From: a virus
Length of the DNA stretch: 64,000 nucleotides
Strand: one strand, 5' to 3'
IMG/VR virus record: IMGVR_UViG_3300048921_000363
Span: 1 to 64,000 of that record
The position numbers were made by a program, and so were the translations under genes. The notes beneath the pieces were generated by a model, which did no database searches, had not been told where the DNA came from, and saw only the letters and a program-made list of their open reading frames with translations. This document shows, in pieces, positions 53,361 through 63,410 of the stretch (its first letter is position 1; each line of letters starts with the position of its first letter).

Positions 53361-55117
53361 CAGTAAATCTCCATGCGCCCGGTGTTGGCAGTGGTCTGCC
53401 CCTCAAGCGGTTCGTGGTGCAATGCGTGAAAGAGCGCCCATGCCAGGTCGGCGTGGCCGGTGTTGTCGTTGCGGCCGGCGGTGTAGGTGTACTGGCGCCC
53501 GCCGGCGGTGACGGTTTTGCGGATCGCCATCAGCGACTGGGCCATGTCAGTCCAGCCGGCATCGAATTCGAGCCGGCCCTTGTGAATCACGTCGTAGGCC
53601 TTGAGCACCAGGCGGGTTTTGACTTCAGGCGAGTAGCTGAACGTGGTCACCGCAGGGAAGAACTGGCGCACCAGCTGGGCCACGCCACTGCCCAGACCGG
53701 TAACGTCGATCCCGATGTAGGTCACCCAGTAGCGGTCGCATACGCTCTTGATGAACGCGGCCTGCGCGGCGAAGTCCATGCCCCGGAACTGGTGACGCTC
53801 AAGGATGCGGAACTTGCCGCCGGGCACCAGGGGCGGCGCGACTACCACCAAGCCAGAACAGTCGCCCGTCTCGGCCGGGTCGTAGCCAATCCATACCTGA
53901 CGGTCGCCGAACGGGCGCATGGCGAAAGGTTTGTAGTCCTCAGCCCACTCGACCCAGCTGTCCACCATGCACGACTGCAACAGGGTCAGCGGGAAGATGC
54001 TCGCGCCGTCATCGACGAACTCGCACATCAGCAGGTTGGCGAACGCCTCGGGGCTGTATTCGCGGCGCAGTTCCTCTATGTCGAACAGATCGCAACCACC
54101 CCGCTCCGCGTCCAGAATCGTGACGATCTGCCGCCACAACCGGTCCTCACAGAACCGGCCCTGCTGGAGCGCGCCGTGGGACACATCCACTTTCGTATGC
54201 TGCGCAGCGGGCTTGCCTTTGTTGAAGCGCTCGCCAGTCCAGAAGGTGTACGCCTCATGGGCCATGCTCGACGGCGTCGAGAAGTAGGTCTTTCGCCACT
54301 TCTTGTGCATCGCCATGCCCGAGGCGACCTTGTTCAGTTCCTCGAACTTGAACGTCCAGAAAAATTCGTCGAAGTAGAAATTACCGTGATAGCCCTGGGC
54401 GGTACGCGCGTTGGTACCGAGGAAAAACAACTCCGCGCCGTTGGGCAACACAATGGGGTCGCCGGTAAGTTCGACGCCGATCACCTCGCGGCAGAACGCC
54501 TGAATGTAGCCCCGGAACAGATAGGCCTGGTTCTTCGAGGCCGACAGGAAAATCTGGTTGCGCCCGGTGTCGAGTGCATCGATGAACGCCTCGCGGGCGA
54601 AGTAGTACGTCGCGCCGATCTGCCGGCTCTTTAGGATGACGCGGGTGCGCTGGTTGCCAGCCCGGTACCAATCCTTCTGATAGTCAAAACAGCCATCGAT
54701 GAAGGCCTCGCGCAGCAGCTCGATCTGGTCTTCGTCAATCTCGTTTTTGACGGCCTTTTTCTTCGGCTCGGCGTTGCGTTTGGCCAGGTTCGGGTTGAGG
54801 TCGGTTTCGGTACCGCCACCCTGAAAGCGCTGGATACGTGCCTGCCGTTCGAGCTGGCGGTGCAGCAGATCAATCTCCTTGAAATCGCCGCCGCTTTTCC
54901 CATCCTTGAGGATCAACTGCACCAACCGCGCTTCCAGCGCCCCGCCGATGCGCTCGACGTTGTCGGCCCGGTCCCACTCGTCGCGGGCCTTCCAGCTGTG
55001 TAGCGTTTTTTCCTTTTCGCCCGTAGCCTCGGCAATCTCGCAGATGCGCCAACCCATCCAGTACAGGAACTTGGATTGGCGGCGGGGATCGATGGGCAAC
55101 AGTGCGGTCGTAGTCAT
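53360..55117 (-). CDS. Terminase ATPase subunit P
   Basis: LKSRQIGAT, YFDEFFW, GYDPA, HADLAWA. Confidence 0.95.
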   Translation of the reverse strand: MTTTALLPIDPRRQSKFLYWMGWRICEIAEATGEKEKTLHSWKARDEWDRADNVERIGGALEARLVQLILKDGKSGGDFKEIDLLHRQLERQARIQRFQGGGTETDLNPNLAKRNAEPKKKAVKNEIDEDQIELLREAFIDGCFDYQKDWYRAGNQRTRVILKSRQIGATYYFAREAFIDALDTGRNQIFLSASKNQAYLFRGYIQAFCREVIGVELTGDPIVLPNGAELFFLGTNARTAQGYHGNFYFDEFFWTFKFEELNKVASGMAMHKKWRKTYFSTPSSMAHEAYTFWTGERFNKGKPAAQHTKVDVSHGALQQGRFCEDRLWRQIVTILDAERGGCDLFDIEELRREYSPEAFANLLMCEFVDDGASIFPLTLLQSCMVDSWVEWAEDYKPFAMRPFGDRQVWIGYDPAETGDCSGLVVVAPPLVPGGKFRILERHQFRGMDFAAQAAFIKSVCDRYWVTYIGIDVTGLGSGVAQLVRQFFPAVTTFSYSPEVKTRLVLKAYDVIHKGRLEFDAGWTDMAQSLMAIRKTVTAGGRQYTYTAGRNDNTGHADLAWALFHALHHEPLEGQTTANTGRMEIY

Positions 55118-55163
55118 GGCCGCGATGCTGCCGCCCACGCTCGCGACTCAATAGTGCCGCCCC

Positions 55164-55184
55164 TTGTAGCCCCCTTCCCTACAG
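55164..55184. promoter_or_regulatory. Late-promoter activator (Ogr-type) site between P and O
   Basis: TGTAG-N9-CTACA; same motif upstream of V. Confidence 0.55.
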
Positions 55185-55271
55185 TCCCGCCTCGTTGCCG
55201 CAACTCGCGCGCGTCACGACCATGCCCCTCATCGCAACGCTTTCAGCGCCCACGCATTGAGGATTCCCGGC

Positions 55272-56099
55272 ATGAAGAAATTTCGCAGCAACTGGTTCCG
55301 TGTCGCCGTCGAGGGCGCTACCTCGGACAAGCGGACCATCAAACGCAGTTGGCTGGAACAGGCCGCGAAGAACTTCAACCCGGCCACCTACGGCGCACGC
55401 ATCTGGCTGGAGCACTTCCGCAGCCTGCTGCCCGACAGCCCCTTCAGGGCCTACGGCGACGTGCTGGCCGTGAAGACCGAAGAAGTGGACGTGAACGGCC
55501 AAAAGAAACTGGCGCTGTTCGCCCAGGTCGAGCCGACTGCCGACCTGATCGCCATGAACAAGGCGAAACAGAAGATCTACACGTCTATCGAAATCGACGA
55601 CAGCTTCGCCGACACCGGCGAGGCCTACATCGTCGGTTTGGCGGTCACCGACTCACCGGCCAGCCTCGGCACCGACGTCCTGGCGTTCTCCGCCCAGAAA
55701 CCTGACGTCAGCCCCTTCAAGGATCGCCACTACTCCGCGACCTCGATGTTCACCGAAGCGGTCGAAACCGAACTCACGTTTGAAGAGATCGAGGAGAAGC
55801 CAAGCATCGGCGCCCAGCTGTTCAGCAAGGTGCAGAATTTGCTCAAGGGCAAGCAAGCCAAGGATGACAGCGAGTTTTCGCAGATCAGCGATGCCGTCGA
55901 AGCCGTGGCCGATCACGTCAAGGATCTGCCCGACCAACTCGCCGCCGAGAAGAAATTCTCCGCAGGCCTAAAGACCCAGCTCGATCAACTGAGCAAGGAC
56001 TTCACCGAGATGAAGCACAAGCTCTCCACCACCCAGGACCACAGCCAAAAGACCCGCCCTCCGGTAACCGGTGGCGACAAGGTCATGACCGACTGCTGA
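55272..56099 (+). CDS. Capsid scaffolding protein O
   Basis: FRVAVEGATSD.R.I, YGARIWLEH, GLAVTDSPASLGT. Confidence 0.95.
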   Translation: MKKFRSNWFRVAVEGATSDKRTIKRSWLEQAAKNFNPATYGARIWLEHFRSLLPDSPFRAYGDVLAVKTEEVDVNGQKKLALFAQVEPTADLIAMNKAKQKIYTSIEIDDSFADTGEAYIVGLAVTDSPASLGTDVLAFSAQKPDVSPFKDRHYSATSMFTEAVETELTFEEIEEKPSIGAQLFSKVQNLLKGKQAKDDSEFSQISDAVEAVADHVKDLPDQLAAEKKFSAGLKTQLDQLSKDFTEMKHKLSTTQDHSQKTRPPVTGGDKVMTDC

Positions 56100-56142
56100 C
56101 AGCCGGCCCACCCACAGCCCCGAACCACGAAGGACGACTTTC

Positions 56143-57162
56143 ATGCGTAACGATACCCGCGAACACTTCAACGCCTACCTGAGCCAGGTGGCGCGCCTCA
56201 ATGGCGTGTCATCGACCGCCAACACCTTCGCCGTCGATCCGACGGTTCAGCAGACGCTGGAAACCCGCATGCAGGAATCCAGCGAATTCCTCGGCCAGAT
56301 CGGCATCATCGGCGTCGATGAACTGCAAGGCGAAAAGGTTGGCTTGGGTGTCAGCAGCACCATCGCCGGCCGCACCGACACCACCGGCAACGGCGTGCGC
56401 CAGCCGCGCGACGTGTCGTCGCTGGACAAAAAGGGCTACAAGGCCGAACACACCGACTTCGACACCGCCATCCGCTACGCACAGCTCGATGCCTGGGCAA
56501 AATTCCCAGACTTCCAGGCACGTCTGCGCGACGCAATCCTCAAGCGCCAAGCCCTCGACCGGATCATGGTCGGCTTCAACGGCGTCAGTGTGGCCGCCAC
56601 CACTGACCGTCAGGCAAATCCGCTGTTGCAGGACGTCAACATCGGCTGGCTCCAGCAGTACCGCACCAATGCCCCGGCGCGCGTCCTCAAGGACGGCAAG
56701 GCCACCGGCAAAATTGTCATCGGCACTGGTGCGGAGGCTGACTACAACAACCTCGACGCCCTGGTGTTCGACGCCGTTGCCAACCTCATCGACCCGTGGC
56801 ACCGCAAGGATCCGGGCATCGTGGTCATCCTCGGCAGCAACCTGGTTCACGACAAATACTTCCCGCTGATCAACAAGGAACAGCCCGCGTCCGAAAAGCT
56901 GGCCACCGACATGATCCTTTCGCAAAAGCGCATGGGCGGTAAGCAACCGGTTGAAGTCCCGTACGTGCCGGACGGTGCCGCGCTGGTCACCTCGCTGGCC
57001 AACCTCGCCATCTACTGGCAGATCGGCGGACGCCGCCGCTACGTGAAGGAGGCGCCAGAAAAGAACCGCATCGAGAATTACGAATCCAGCAACGACGCTT
57101 ACGTCGTCGAGGATTACGGTCTCGGATGCCTGATCGAAAACATCGAGCTTGAGGGGGCGTAA
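56143..57162 (+). CDS. Major capsid protein N (P2 family)
   Basis: ALDRIMVGFNG, NPLLQDVNIGWLQ, YESSNDAYVVED. Confidence 0.96.
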   Translation: MRNDTREHFNAYLSQVARLNGVSSTANTFAVDPTVQQTLETRMQESSEFLGQIGIIGVDELQGEKVGLGVSSTIAGRTDTTGNGVRQPRDVSSLDKKGYKAEHTDFDTAIRYAQLDAWAKFPDFQARLRDAILKRQALDRIMVGFNGVSVAATTDRQANPLLQDVNIGWLQQYRTNAPARVLKDGKATGKIVIGTGAEADYNNLDALVFDAVANLIDPWHRKDPGIVVILGSNLVHDKYFPLINKEQPASEKLATDMILSQKRMGGKQPVEVPYVPDGAALVTSLANLAIYWQIGGRRRYVKEAPEKNRIENYESSNDAYVVEDYGLGCLIENIELEGA

Positions 57163-57165
57163 GCC

Positions 57166-57867
57166 ATGGCCAGCAGCCTCGCCAAGCAGCACTTCCAACG
57201 GGTCACTGCCGCCCTTGAGGCGGCAGCGACCGAGCCGACCCAAACCATGGCAGGCGCCACAGCTTACGAGCACCAGCTCAACCAGTTGCTGCAAGACCGC
57301 CTGCGCCTGAAACAGGTGCAATCGAACCAGGGTAAAGCCGAACTCAAACGCCAACTGCTGCCCGAGTACATCCCCTATGTGCAAGGCGTGCTGGACGCCG
57401 GCCAAGGCGCCCAAGACGAAGTGCTGACCACCATCATGGTATGGCGCTTCGATGCCGGCGACTTCACCGGCGGCCTCGACATCGCCCAGTACGTGCTGCA
57501 ACACAAGATGGTCATGCCGGACCGCTTCGCCCGCACGCTGGGCTGTCTGGTCGCCGAAGAAGTCGCGACCGCCGCGTTCAAAGCGCAGAAAGTCGGCGAA
57601 CCGTTCGACCTGGCCATCCTGCACCGCACCGCTGAGCTGACCGACGCCGAAGACATGCCGGATCAGGCACGCGCCAAGCTGTTTCTCGCCATGGGCCGCG
57701 CAACCTTGGAAGGCATCACCGATGAAACGCCCGGCCAACCCGGCCAGGTGCAGGCCGGCATCGACCTGCTGAAAAAAGCCATCGACCTGCACGACGCCTG
57801 TGGTGGCAAAAAGGATCTGGAGCGGGCCGAACGTCTGCTCAACAAACTCGCTGCCGCTGGCAGCTAA
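57166..57867 (+). CDS. Terminase endonuclease subunit M
   Basis: QDEVL...MVWRFDAG, DMPDQARAKL, GGKKD. Confidence 0.92.
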   Translation: MASSLAKQHFQRVTAALEAAATEPTQTMAGATAYEHQLNQLLQDRLRLKQVQSNQGKAELKRQLLPEYIPYVQGVLDAGQGAQDEVLTTIMVWRFDAGDFTGGLDIAQYVLQHKMVMPDRFARTLGCLVAEEVATAAFKAQKVGEPFDLAILHRTAELTDAEDMPDQARAKLFLAMGRATLEGITDETPGQPGQVQAGIDLLKKAIDLHDACGGKKDLERAERLLNKLAAAGS

Positions 57868-57971
57868 CCGAGCGTCCCCACGCACCCCGCCGGCTCGGGG
57901 CGGATCGGCCAGGCCGCTCCTCCTGAACGTGAAGCCCCGACCACCGGCGACCTACAACAGAGCGCAGATTC

Positions 57972-58442
57972 ATGAGCGGATTCGTAGCGGGCGGCAGCAC
58001 TACTCCGGCCCCCAGCGGCCACATCAACACCGACCCCTTCTGGCCATCGATCGACCTCGACGACGTGCGCGGCACTTTGCGCATCGACTCCAGCGTCACG
58101 CCGATCCGTCTGGAAACCGCGACCATCGCCGCTGCTATCGGTGTGAACCGCGAGTTTGCCGCATGGCGCCGCGCCAAACAGGCCGAAGGCTATGCCACCC
58201 TCACAGACGTACCGGCCGAGCAGATCGAGGACAAATCTGAACTCGTTCACCTCTACCAGCGAGCGATCTATGCCGCGACCGGCGCGGAAATTTGCGAGCG
58301 CTACCGCTCCTACGACAGCACCAACAGCGGCAGCCAGAACGCCGAAGAACTGACCCCGAGCATCGATGAACTGCGCCGCGACCAGCGCTGGGCCGTGCGC
58401 GACTTCCTCGGCCTCGGCCGCACCACCGTGGAGCTGATCTGA
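57972..58442 (+). CDS. Head completion protein L
   Basis: FWPSID, YRSYDST, RTTVELI. Confidence 0.92.
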   Translation: MSGFVAGGSTTPAPSGHINTDPFWPSIDLDDVRGTLRIDSSVTPIRLETATIAAAIGVNREFAAWRRAKQAEGYATLTDVPAEQIEDKSELVHLYQRAIYAATGAEICERYRSYDSTNSGSQNAEELTPSIDELRRDQRWAVRDFLGLGRTTVELI

Positions 58443-58654
58443 TGGCCATCAGCATGCGTGCCCAGCAGGGCGACACCGTGGATTCCCTGTGCTGGCGTCA
58501 CTACGGCCGCACCGCCGGCGTGACCGAAGCAGTACTCGACGCCAACCCCGGACTCGCCGACCACGGCCCAATCTTGCCGCAAGGCCTTCTGGTGCAGATG
58601 CCCGAAGCCCAAGCCGCCGCCCCGCAACGGCAGATGGTGCAGCTATGGGACTGA
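58442..58654 (+). CDS. Tail protein X
   Basis: QGDTVDSLCWRHYGRT..VTEAVLDANPGLA. Confidence 0.92.
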   Translation: MAISMRAQQGDTVDSLCWRHYGRTAGVTEAVLDANPGLADHGPILPQGLLVQMPEAQAAAPQRQMVQLWD

Positions 58655-58699
58655 AACGCCCGCACCGCGCCCTTGAACCCAACCACTCTGGATCATGGA

Positions 58700-59023
58700 A
58701 TGAAACGCATGCCTGACCGTCCCGATACCTGGGCCTGGCTCGCCGCCTGGCTCGAACAGAACTGGCCCACCCTATACGCCGGCTTGTTGGCCCTGGTCAT
58801 CGCGGGGCTTCGCGTCATTTACGGTGGTGGCACCTGGCGCCGAATGCTCATCGAAGCGCCGCTGTGCGGTGCCCTCGCCGTTTCCGTCAGCCATGGGCTG
58901 TCGCTGCTGGGGATACCCGTCTCCACCGCGCCATTCTTTGGCGGCGCCATCGGCCTGCTGGGCGTCGAAGGTACCCGCGCCGCAGCAAGGAAGTTTTTTA
59001 CCCGCAAGGTAGAACAGCTCTGA
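58700..59023 (+). CDS. Holin (lambda family)
   Basis: MPDRPDTW, three TM segments, GLLGVE; two possible Met starts. Confidence 0.88.
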   Translation: MKRMPDRPDTWAWLAAWLEQNWPTLYAGLLALVIAGLRVIYGGGTWRRMLIEAPLCGALAVSVSHGLSLLGIPVSTAPFFGGAIGLLGVEGTRAAARKFFTRKVEQL

Positions 59024-59048
59024 CCGCCCAATTTCCCAAGGAGGCAGC

Positions 59049-59408
59049 ATGAAAAGCACACACGTAGCGCTTGTACAACGAGTCGAGCAGCTTGAGAAAT
59101 TCCGAGCAGAAGTTCTGACAATTTGCGAGAGCGGCAAACATCGAATCAAGCACACACAGTTACAGATGTGCAGCTTTCTCGATCGCCTTAAGAGCCTGGC
59201 GCTTGAAGCAGAACGCTCCAACTGCCCAGACAACTCAGAAGTGCTGCAGATCGAAGCCGACGCCCGCCGCATCTATGAGAGTTGGGCAGACAAACCGGGG
59301 TTCGTTCCTTGGGAGGTCGGTGGAAATTCGACCATGCAGGAAGTCGCGAGAGCCGAGGCTCGGCGGCTTTGTTCCGAGGCATCCAGCAATAACCCACCCA
59401 CCTGCTGA
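59049..59408 (+). CDS. Hypothetical protein between holin and endolysin
   Basis: 119 aa, GGAGG RBS, slightly lower GC. Confidence 0.6.
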   Translation: MKSTHVALVQRVEQLEKFRAEVLTICESGKHRIKHTQLQMCSFLDRLKSLALEAERSNCPDNSEVLQIEADARRIYESWADKPGFVPWEVGGNSTMQEVARAEARRLCSEASSNNPPTC

Positions 59409-59418
59409 GGGCCAACGC

Positions 59419-60264
59419 ATGACTACCACCTTACGTCATGGGGATCGCTCGCAAGCGGTGCGTAGCCTGCAAAAGAACCTCAACCAACACGGCGCCAAGC
59501 TGGAAATCGACGGTGATTACCGCGATGCCACAGAGGCCGCCGTGCGTGCTTATCAGCTCAAAGTCGGTTTGGTCGTCGACGGAGTCGCGGGCAACAAAAC
59601 GCAGGCCGCGCTCGCCGGTAATGACTGCCAGCAGTTGCTGAGAAACGCCGATCTGGTCAGTGCTGCCGAGCGCTTGGGCGTGCCGCTGGCCAGCGTCTAT
59701 GCCGTCAATGAAGTCGAGTCCAAGGGCAATGGCTTCCTCGACAATGGCAAGCCGGTGATTCTGTTCGAACGCCACATCATGTACCGCCAACTGTCGAAGG
59801 TTCGGCATGATGGCGACGATCCCACGGCGCTCAAACTACACGCTGACCAGTTGGCGGCGACCAACCCTGCAATCGTCAATCCAAAATCGGGTGGCTATGC
59901 CGGCGGCAGCGCCGAACACCAGCGCCTGGCAACCGCTCGCTTGATCGATGACACCGCCGCACTGGAGTCCGCCTCTTGGGGTGCTTTCCAGATCATGGGC
60001 TTTCACTGGCAGCGCCTGGGCTATAGCAGCGTACAGGCTTTTGCCGCTGCCATGAGCGCTGGCGAGTCGCAGCAGTTCGATGCGTTCGTCCGGTTCATCG
60101 AGACCGACCCGGTGCTGCACAAGGCGCTGAAAGGCCGCAAATGGGCCGAATTCGCCAAGCTCTACAACGGGCCTGACTACCAGCGAAATCTGTACGACAT
60201 CAAACTCCAGCGCGCCTACGAGCGGCACGACGACTGCGGATGTGGTCAGGCGGTGGCCGCATGA
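59419..60264 (+). CDS. Endolysin: PG-binding domain + N-acetylmuramidase (DUF3380)
   Basis: LRHGD..V..LQ, VDGVAG; VES.G.GF, ILFERH, SWGAFQIMG, YNGP. Confidence 0.92.
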   Translation: MTTTLRHGDRSQAVRSLQKNLNQHGAKLEIDGDYRDATEAAVRAYQLKVGLVVDGVAGNKTQAALAGNDCQQLLRNADLVSAAERLGVPLASVYAVNEVESKGNGFLDNGKPVILFERHIMYRQLSKVRHDGDDPTALKLHADQLAATNPAIVNPKSGGYAGGSAEHQRLATARLIDDTAALESASWGAFQIMGFHWQRLGYSSVQAFAAAMSAGESQQFDAFVRFIETDPVLHKALKGRKWAEFAKLYNGPDYQRNLYDIKLQRAYERHDDCGCGQAVAA

Positions 60265-60467
60265 TCGACTTCGACGCGGTTCAGCTGCTGAATGTGCAAG
60301 ACGGTGATCTGCTGGTGGTACCAGAGGACAGTGATCAGCAAGACATGGTGCAGCTGCGCGACGCGCTCCGCATTCAGGATCCTCGCCGCAAAGTCATCAT
60401 CATTCGCGGCCCGGTCCAGCACATGGACATTGGCGACATGAACCAACTCGGTTGGTACCGGGCGTGA
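60261..60467 (+). CDS. Small hypothetical protein in lysis cassette
   Basis: 68 aa, ATGA/GTGA coupled. Confidence 0.65.
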   Translation: MIDFDAVQLLNVQDGDLLVVPEDSDQQDMVQLRDALRIQDPRRKVIIIRGPVQHMDIGDMNQLGWYRA

Positions 60468-60907
60468 GTACCCTGCGGCAAGCCTTGCTTGGTATTGCGC
60501 TGCTGGCAGCTCTTGGATTGCTGATCTGGTGCCAGGAGCTGCGTATCAGCGGCGCGAACAAGGACACCCAATTGGCCGAGCAGGACGCCAGCCATGCGCG
60601 CGAACAAGCCGAACGCAACCTCGCGAACGCCAATGCGTTGCGCGACACCCTGCAACACGAACGCAACGCCCAGACCACCCTGCGCACGCAACAGGATCAA
60701 CTGCGCCAAGGCCTGGCAAAGCGCGAACTCACCATTGAGGCTTTGAAACGTGAAAATGCCGAATTACGCGATTGGGCTACCCAGCCTATGCCTGATGCTG
60801 CTCGCCGGCTGCGCAAGCGCCCCGCCCTCACCGGCGCCGACGCTTATCGTCAGTGGCTGTCCAGCCGTAGTTCACTGCACTCTACCGGCGACCAGCCCGC
60901 GCAATAA
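60464..60907 (+). CDS. lysB: LysB / Rz-like i-spanin
   Basis: N-terminal TM, coiled coil, LKREN.ELRDWA..P. Confidence 0.85.
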   Translation: MSTLRQALLGIALLAALGLLIWCQELRISGANKDTQLAEQDASHAREQAERNLANANALRDTLQHERNAQTTLRTQQDQLRQGLAKRELTIEALKRENAELRDWATQPMPDAARRLRKRPALTGADAYRQWLSSRSSLHSTGDQPAQ

Positions 60908-61007
60908 CGGCGATCAACTGACTGATCAGGATCGAGTCGAAGCCGCTTGGGCAGAATGCGCAAGCCAGGTGGACATGATTTATCAACACCAGCAGGCCCG
61001 ACGATGA
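60750..61007 (+). CDS. lysC: LysC / Rz1-like o-spanin
   Basis: Lipobox LLAGC, CP.V..C.LP, CASQVD; overlaps lysB. Confidence 0.85.
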   Translation: MKMPNYAIGLPSLCLMLLAGCASAPPSPAPTLIVSGCPAVVHCTLPATSPRNNGDQLTDQDRVEAAWAECASQVDMIYQHQQARR

Positions 61008-61480
61008 ACAAGCCCGACAGCCTGAAAGCCCACCTGCTCGCCACTGTGGCCGAACTCAAACACAACCCCGACCGACTGTTAATCTTCATAGACAACGGCA
61101 AGATCCGCTGCACGGCCGCGCAGACGCTTTCTTTCGAATACAGCTTCGACCTGCAGGTCATCCTCACCGACTTCGCCGGCCACCCCGACAGCGTTATGTT
61201 GCCGCTGCTCGGTTGGTTGAGCGTTCACCAGTCCGAACTGCTGGAGAACCTGAGCAAAGCCTCAGACGGCATCCAGTTCGAGGCCGACATCCTCGACAAC
61301 AGCAAGGTCGATATGAGCCTGACGCTGCCCCTGACCGAGCGTGTCGTGGTGGGCAAGGACGATCAGGGCAACACCACCATTCGCCATCCTGGCGAGCCGC
61401 AGCGGGCTGCTGACTTTCTAAATCCGAACTGGATACCCGGCGCGCAAGGCACCGGCAGTGAATGGGTACTACCGCAATGA
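61004..61480 (+). CDS. Tail completion protein R
   Basis: MNKPDSLK, NPDRL.IF, LPLTERV. Confidence 0.92.
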   Translation: MNKPDSLKAHLLATVAELKHNPDRLLIFIDNGKIRCTAAQTLSFEYSFDLQVILTDFAGHPDSVMLPLLGWLSVHQSELLENLSKASDGIQFEADILDNSKVDMSLTLPLTERVVVGKDDQGNTTIRHPGEPQRAADFLNPNWIPGAQGTGSEWVLPQ

Positions 61481-61941
61481 CCAACCGGCTGGAAGCGCTG
61501 GAGGACTGGGCGGCGGGATTGCTTGGGCAGCTTGAGCCGGCATCGCGCAACAAGCTGGCTCGCAGTCTCGGTCAGGCGGTGCGTCGTAGCCAGCAGCAGC
61601 GAATCATTGCCCAGCAGAACCCGGATGGCAGCAAGTACACGCCGCGCAAGCAACGCAACCTGCGCCGTAAACAGGGTCGGGTGAAGCGTAAGGTGAAGAT
61701 GTTTCGGAAGCTGCGCACGGCGAGCTTTTTTAAGGTTCAGGGCGACAGTAACGCTATCAGTGTCGGATTCGCGGGCCGAGTCGCCCGCATTGCCAGGGTT
61801 CATCAGTACGGACTAAAAGATCGAGCTGCACCCGCGGCGCCTGAAGTGAAATTCGAGCAGAGAGCAATCCTTGGCTTTACCGATGCCGAACTGGATCTTA
61901 TTAGGGACCAGATGCTTATTTACTTTGCTTCTCGAATGTAA
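61477..61941 (+). CDS. Tail completion / virion morphogenesis protein S
   Basis: QQNPDGS.Y.PRK, IARVHQYG, R.ILG. Confidence 0.92.
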   Translation: MTNRLEALEDWAAGLLGQLEPASRNKLARSLGQAVRRSQQQRIIAQQNPDGSKYTPRKQRNLRRKQGRVKRKVKMFRKLRTASFFKVQGDSNAISVGFAGRVARIARVHQYGLKDRAAPAAPEVKFEQRAILGFTDAELDLIRDQMLIYFASRM

Positions 61942-62039
61942 TTATTTCCCTTCAAGCGTTTTTATTTCAGTCGAAAACCGGTAAAAACCATCTGAGCGGG
62001 GTAAAAGGAAACCATCGTAGCAAGGGAGCAGGTTAAAAG

Positions 62040-62762
62040 ATGAAAAAGACTTTCAAGGCACATTGCCCTCGTTGCGACGGGGAAAGGATCTGCTGGATAC
62101 ACGGTGAGTTTGAAAAACCATGGGATTGGGACGACGGCCAGCACTCCATGTGGGGGCAGAGTGACTATAAGTTAGCTCAGTGCTGTGGTTGCGAGGAAGT
62201 TTTCTTTCATGAAAGCAGCTGGGATTCGGAGGATCGAGATTACGAGTACGATCCAAGAACAAGCCAGGAAGTCGCCGTATTTCCGCGCACTATTACTACA
62301 TTTCCTGCACCGAAAAAGGAAAGCAAACAACCTGACTGGGTTTGGGATATCGCAAAAATCGACCCACAGCTGTTTACAATTTTGAGCGAAATGTATCAAG
62401 CATATGAGCATGGCGCATTCATTCTTGCATCAGTTGGTTTGAGGACGGCTTTTGACCGTACAACCGAAGTGCTTAAGATCGATCCAGAACTGACATTGAA
62501 AGAAAAGGTCGCCCTACTTCTTAACGACGGATATATAGGCGATACCGAATCCCAAACACTGGGAGTAGTCACAGATGCTGGAAGCGCCGCCGCACACCGA
62601 GCTTGGGCGCCTACACAAAAAGAGTTTGAAACGTTATTGAAAACACTCGAGCTTTTCATTCAGCACACGGTAGTTAGTGGCAAGTCGGCTTTGAATGTTG
62701 CAGATAGCATTCCAAAGCGCCCTCCCAAAAAACAAAAACCGAATAAAAAACCTAACGAGTAA
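62040..62762 (+). CDS. DUF4145 (HEPN-like) moron protein with N-terminal Zn ribbon
   Basis: CPRC...CCGC, GLRTAFD, AGSAAAH; lower GC. Confidence 0.75.
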   Translation: MKKTFKAHCPRCDGERICWIHGEFEKPWDWDDGQHSMWGQSDYKLAQCCGCEEVFFHESSWDSEDRDYEYDPRTSQEVAVFPRTITTFPAPKKESKQPDWVWDIAKIDPQLFTILSEMYQAYEHGAFILASVGLRTAFDRTTEVLKIDPELTLKEKVALLLNDGYIGDTESQTLGVVTDAGSAAAHRAWAPTQKEFETLLKTLELFIQHTVVSGKSALNVADSIPKRPPKKQKPNKKPNE

Positions 62763-62770
62763 CCCTAATC

Positions 62771-62791
62771 TTGTAGGACTTGGACCTACAA
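62771..62791. promoter_or_regulatory. Late-promoter activator site upstream of V
   Basis: TTGTAGG-N7-CCTACAA inverted repeat. Confidence 0.6.
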
Positions 62792-62837
62792 CACTTCGAA
62801 GCTGCGTTGTCGCCCGCATGGCGCCACCATCGGCGCC

Positions 62838-63410
62838 ATGAACGACTTAGCCACCCTCGCCCGCCTGATCGAAAATCTCATCCGCCTCGGCACCATCGCT
62901 GCCGTCCAGATGAGCCCCCCTCGTGCGCAGGTCAAAACCGGAACCCTCACCACCGGCTGGCTCCCATGGATTGCCGCCCGGGCCGGTGCCGACCGCGAGT
63001 GGAATCCTCCAACCGAAGGCGAGCAGGTCATCCTCTTCAGCCCCTCCGGCCAACTCGGTAACGGCATCATTCTGACAGGCCTGTTCAGCGACAACATCCC
63101 GGCCAACGGCGGCCGCGAAGGCCTTCACCGCCGCACCTACCGCGACGGAACCGTCATCGAATACGACAGCGTCGCGCACCATCTCAACGCCACGCTGGCC
63201 GAAGGCGGCACAACCAACCTGATTAGCACCGGCGGTATCCACATCGTCGGCCCGATCACTCATGAAGGCGACTACACCCAGACCGGCAACCAAAATATCA
63301 CCGGGATGGTCACCGTTTCCGAAGACGTCATCGCGGCCAGCATCAGTCTTGTGAAGCACCTGCACGGCGGCGTCATGCCTGGCGGCGCCAAGACAGGGAA
63401 ACCGGAATGA
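62838..63410 (+). CDS. Baseplate spike protein V
   Basis: ENLIRLGTI, WLPW..RAG, PTEGEQV, HLHGGV. Confidence 0.93.
   Translation: MNDLATLARLIENLIRLGTIAAVQMSPPRAQVKTGTLTTGWLPWIAARAGADREWNPPTEGEQVILFSPSGQLGNGIILTGLFSDNIPANGGREGLHRRTYRDGTVIEYDSVAHHLNATLAEGGTTNLISTGGIHIVGPITHEGDYTQTGNQNITGMVTVSEDVIAASISLVKHLHGGVMPGGAKTGKPE

Noticed and set aside
17967-57885. Long antisense ORFs (e.g. 17967-19349, 32507-33997, 36310-37662, 53318-54634, 56209-57885)
   Set aside because: They mirror well-identified phage genes and are expected from GC3-rich codon usage; no motifs or RBS
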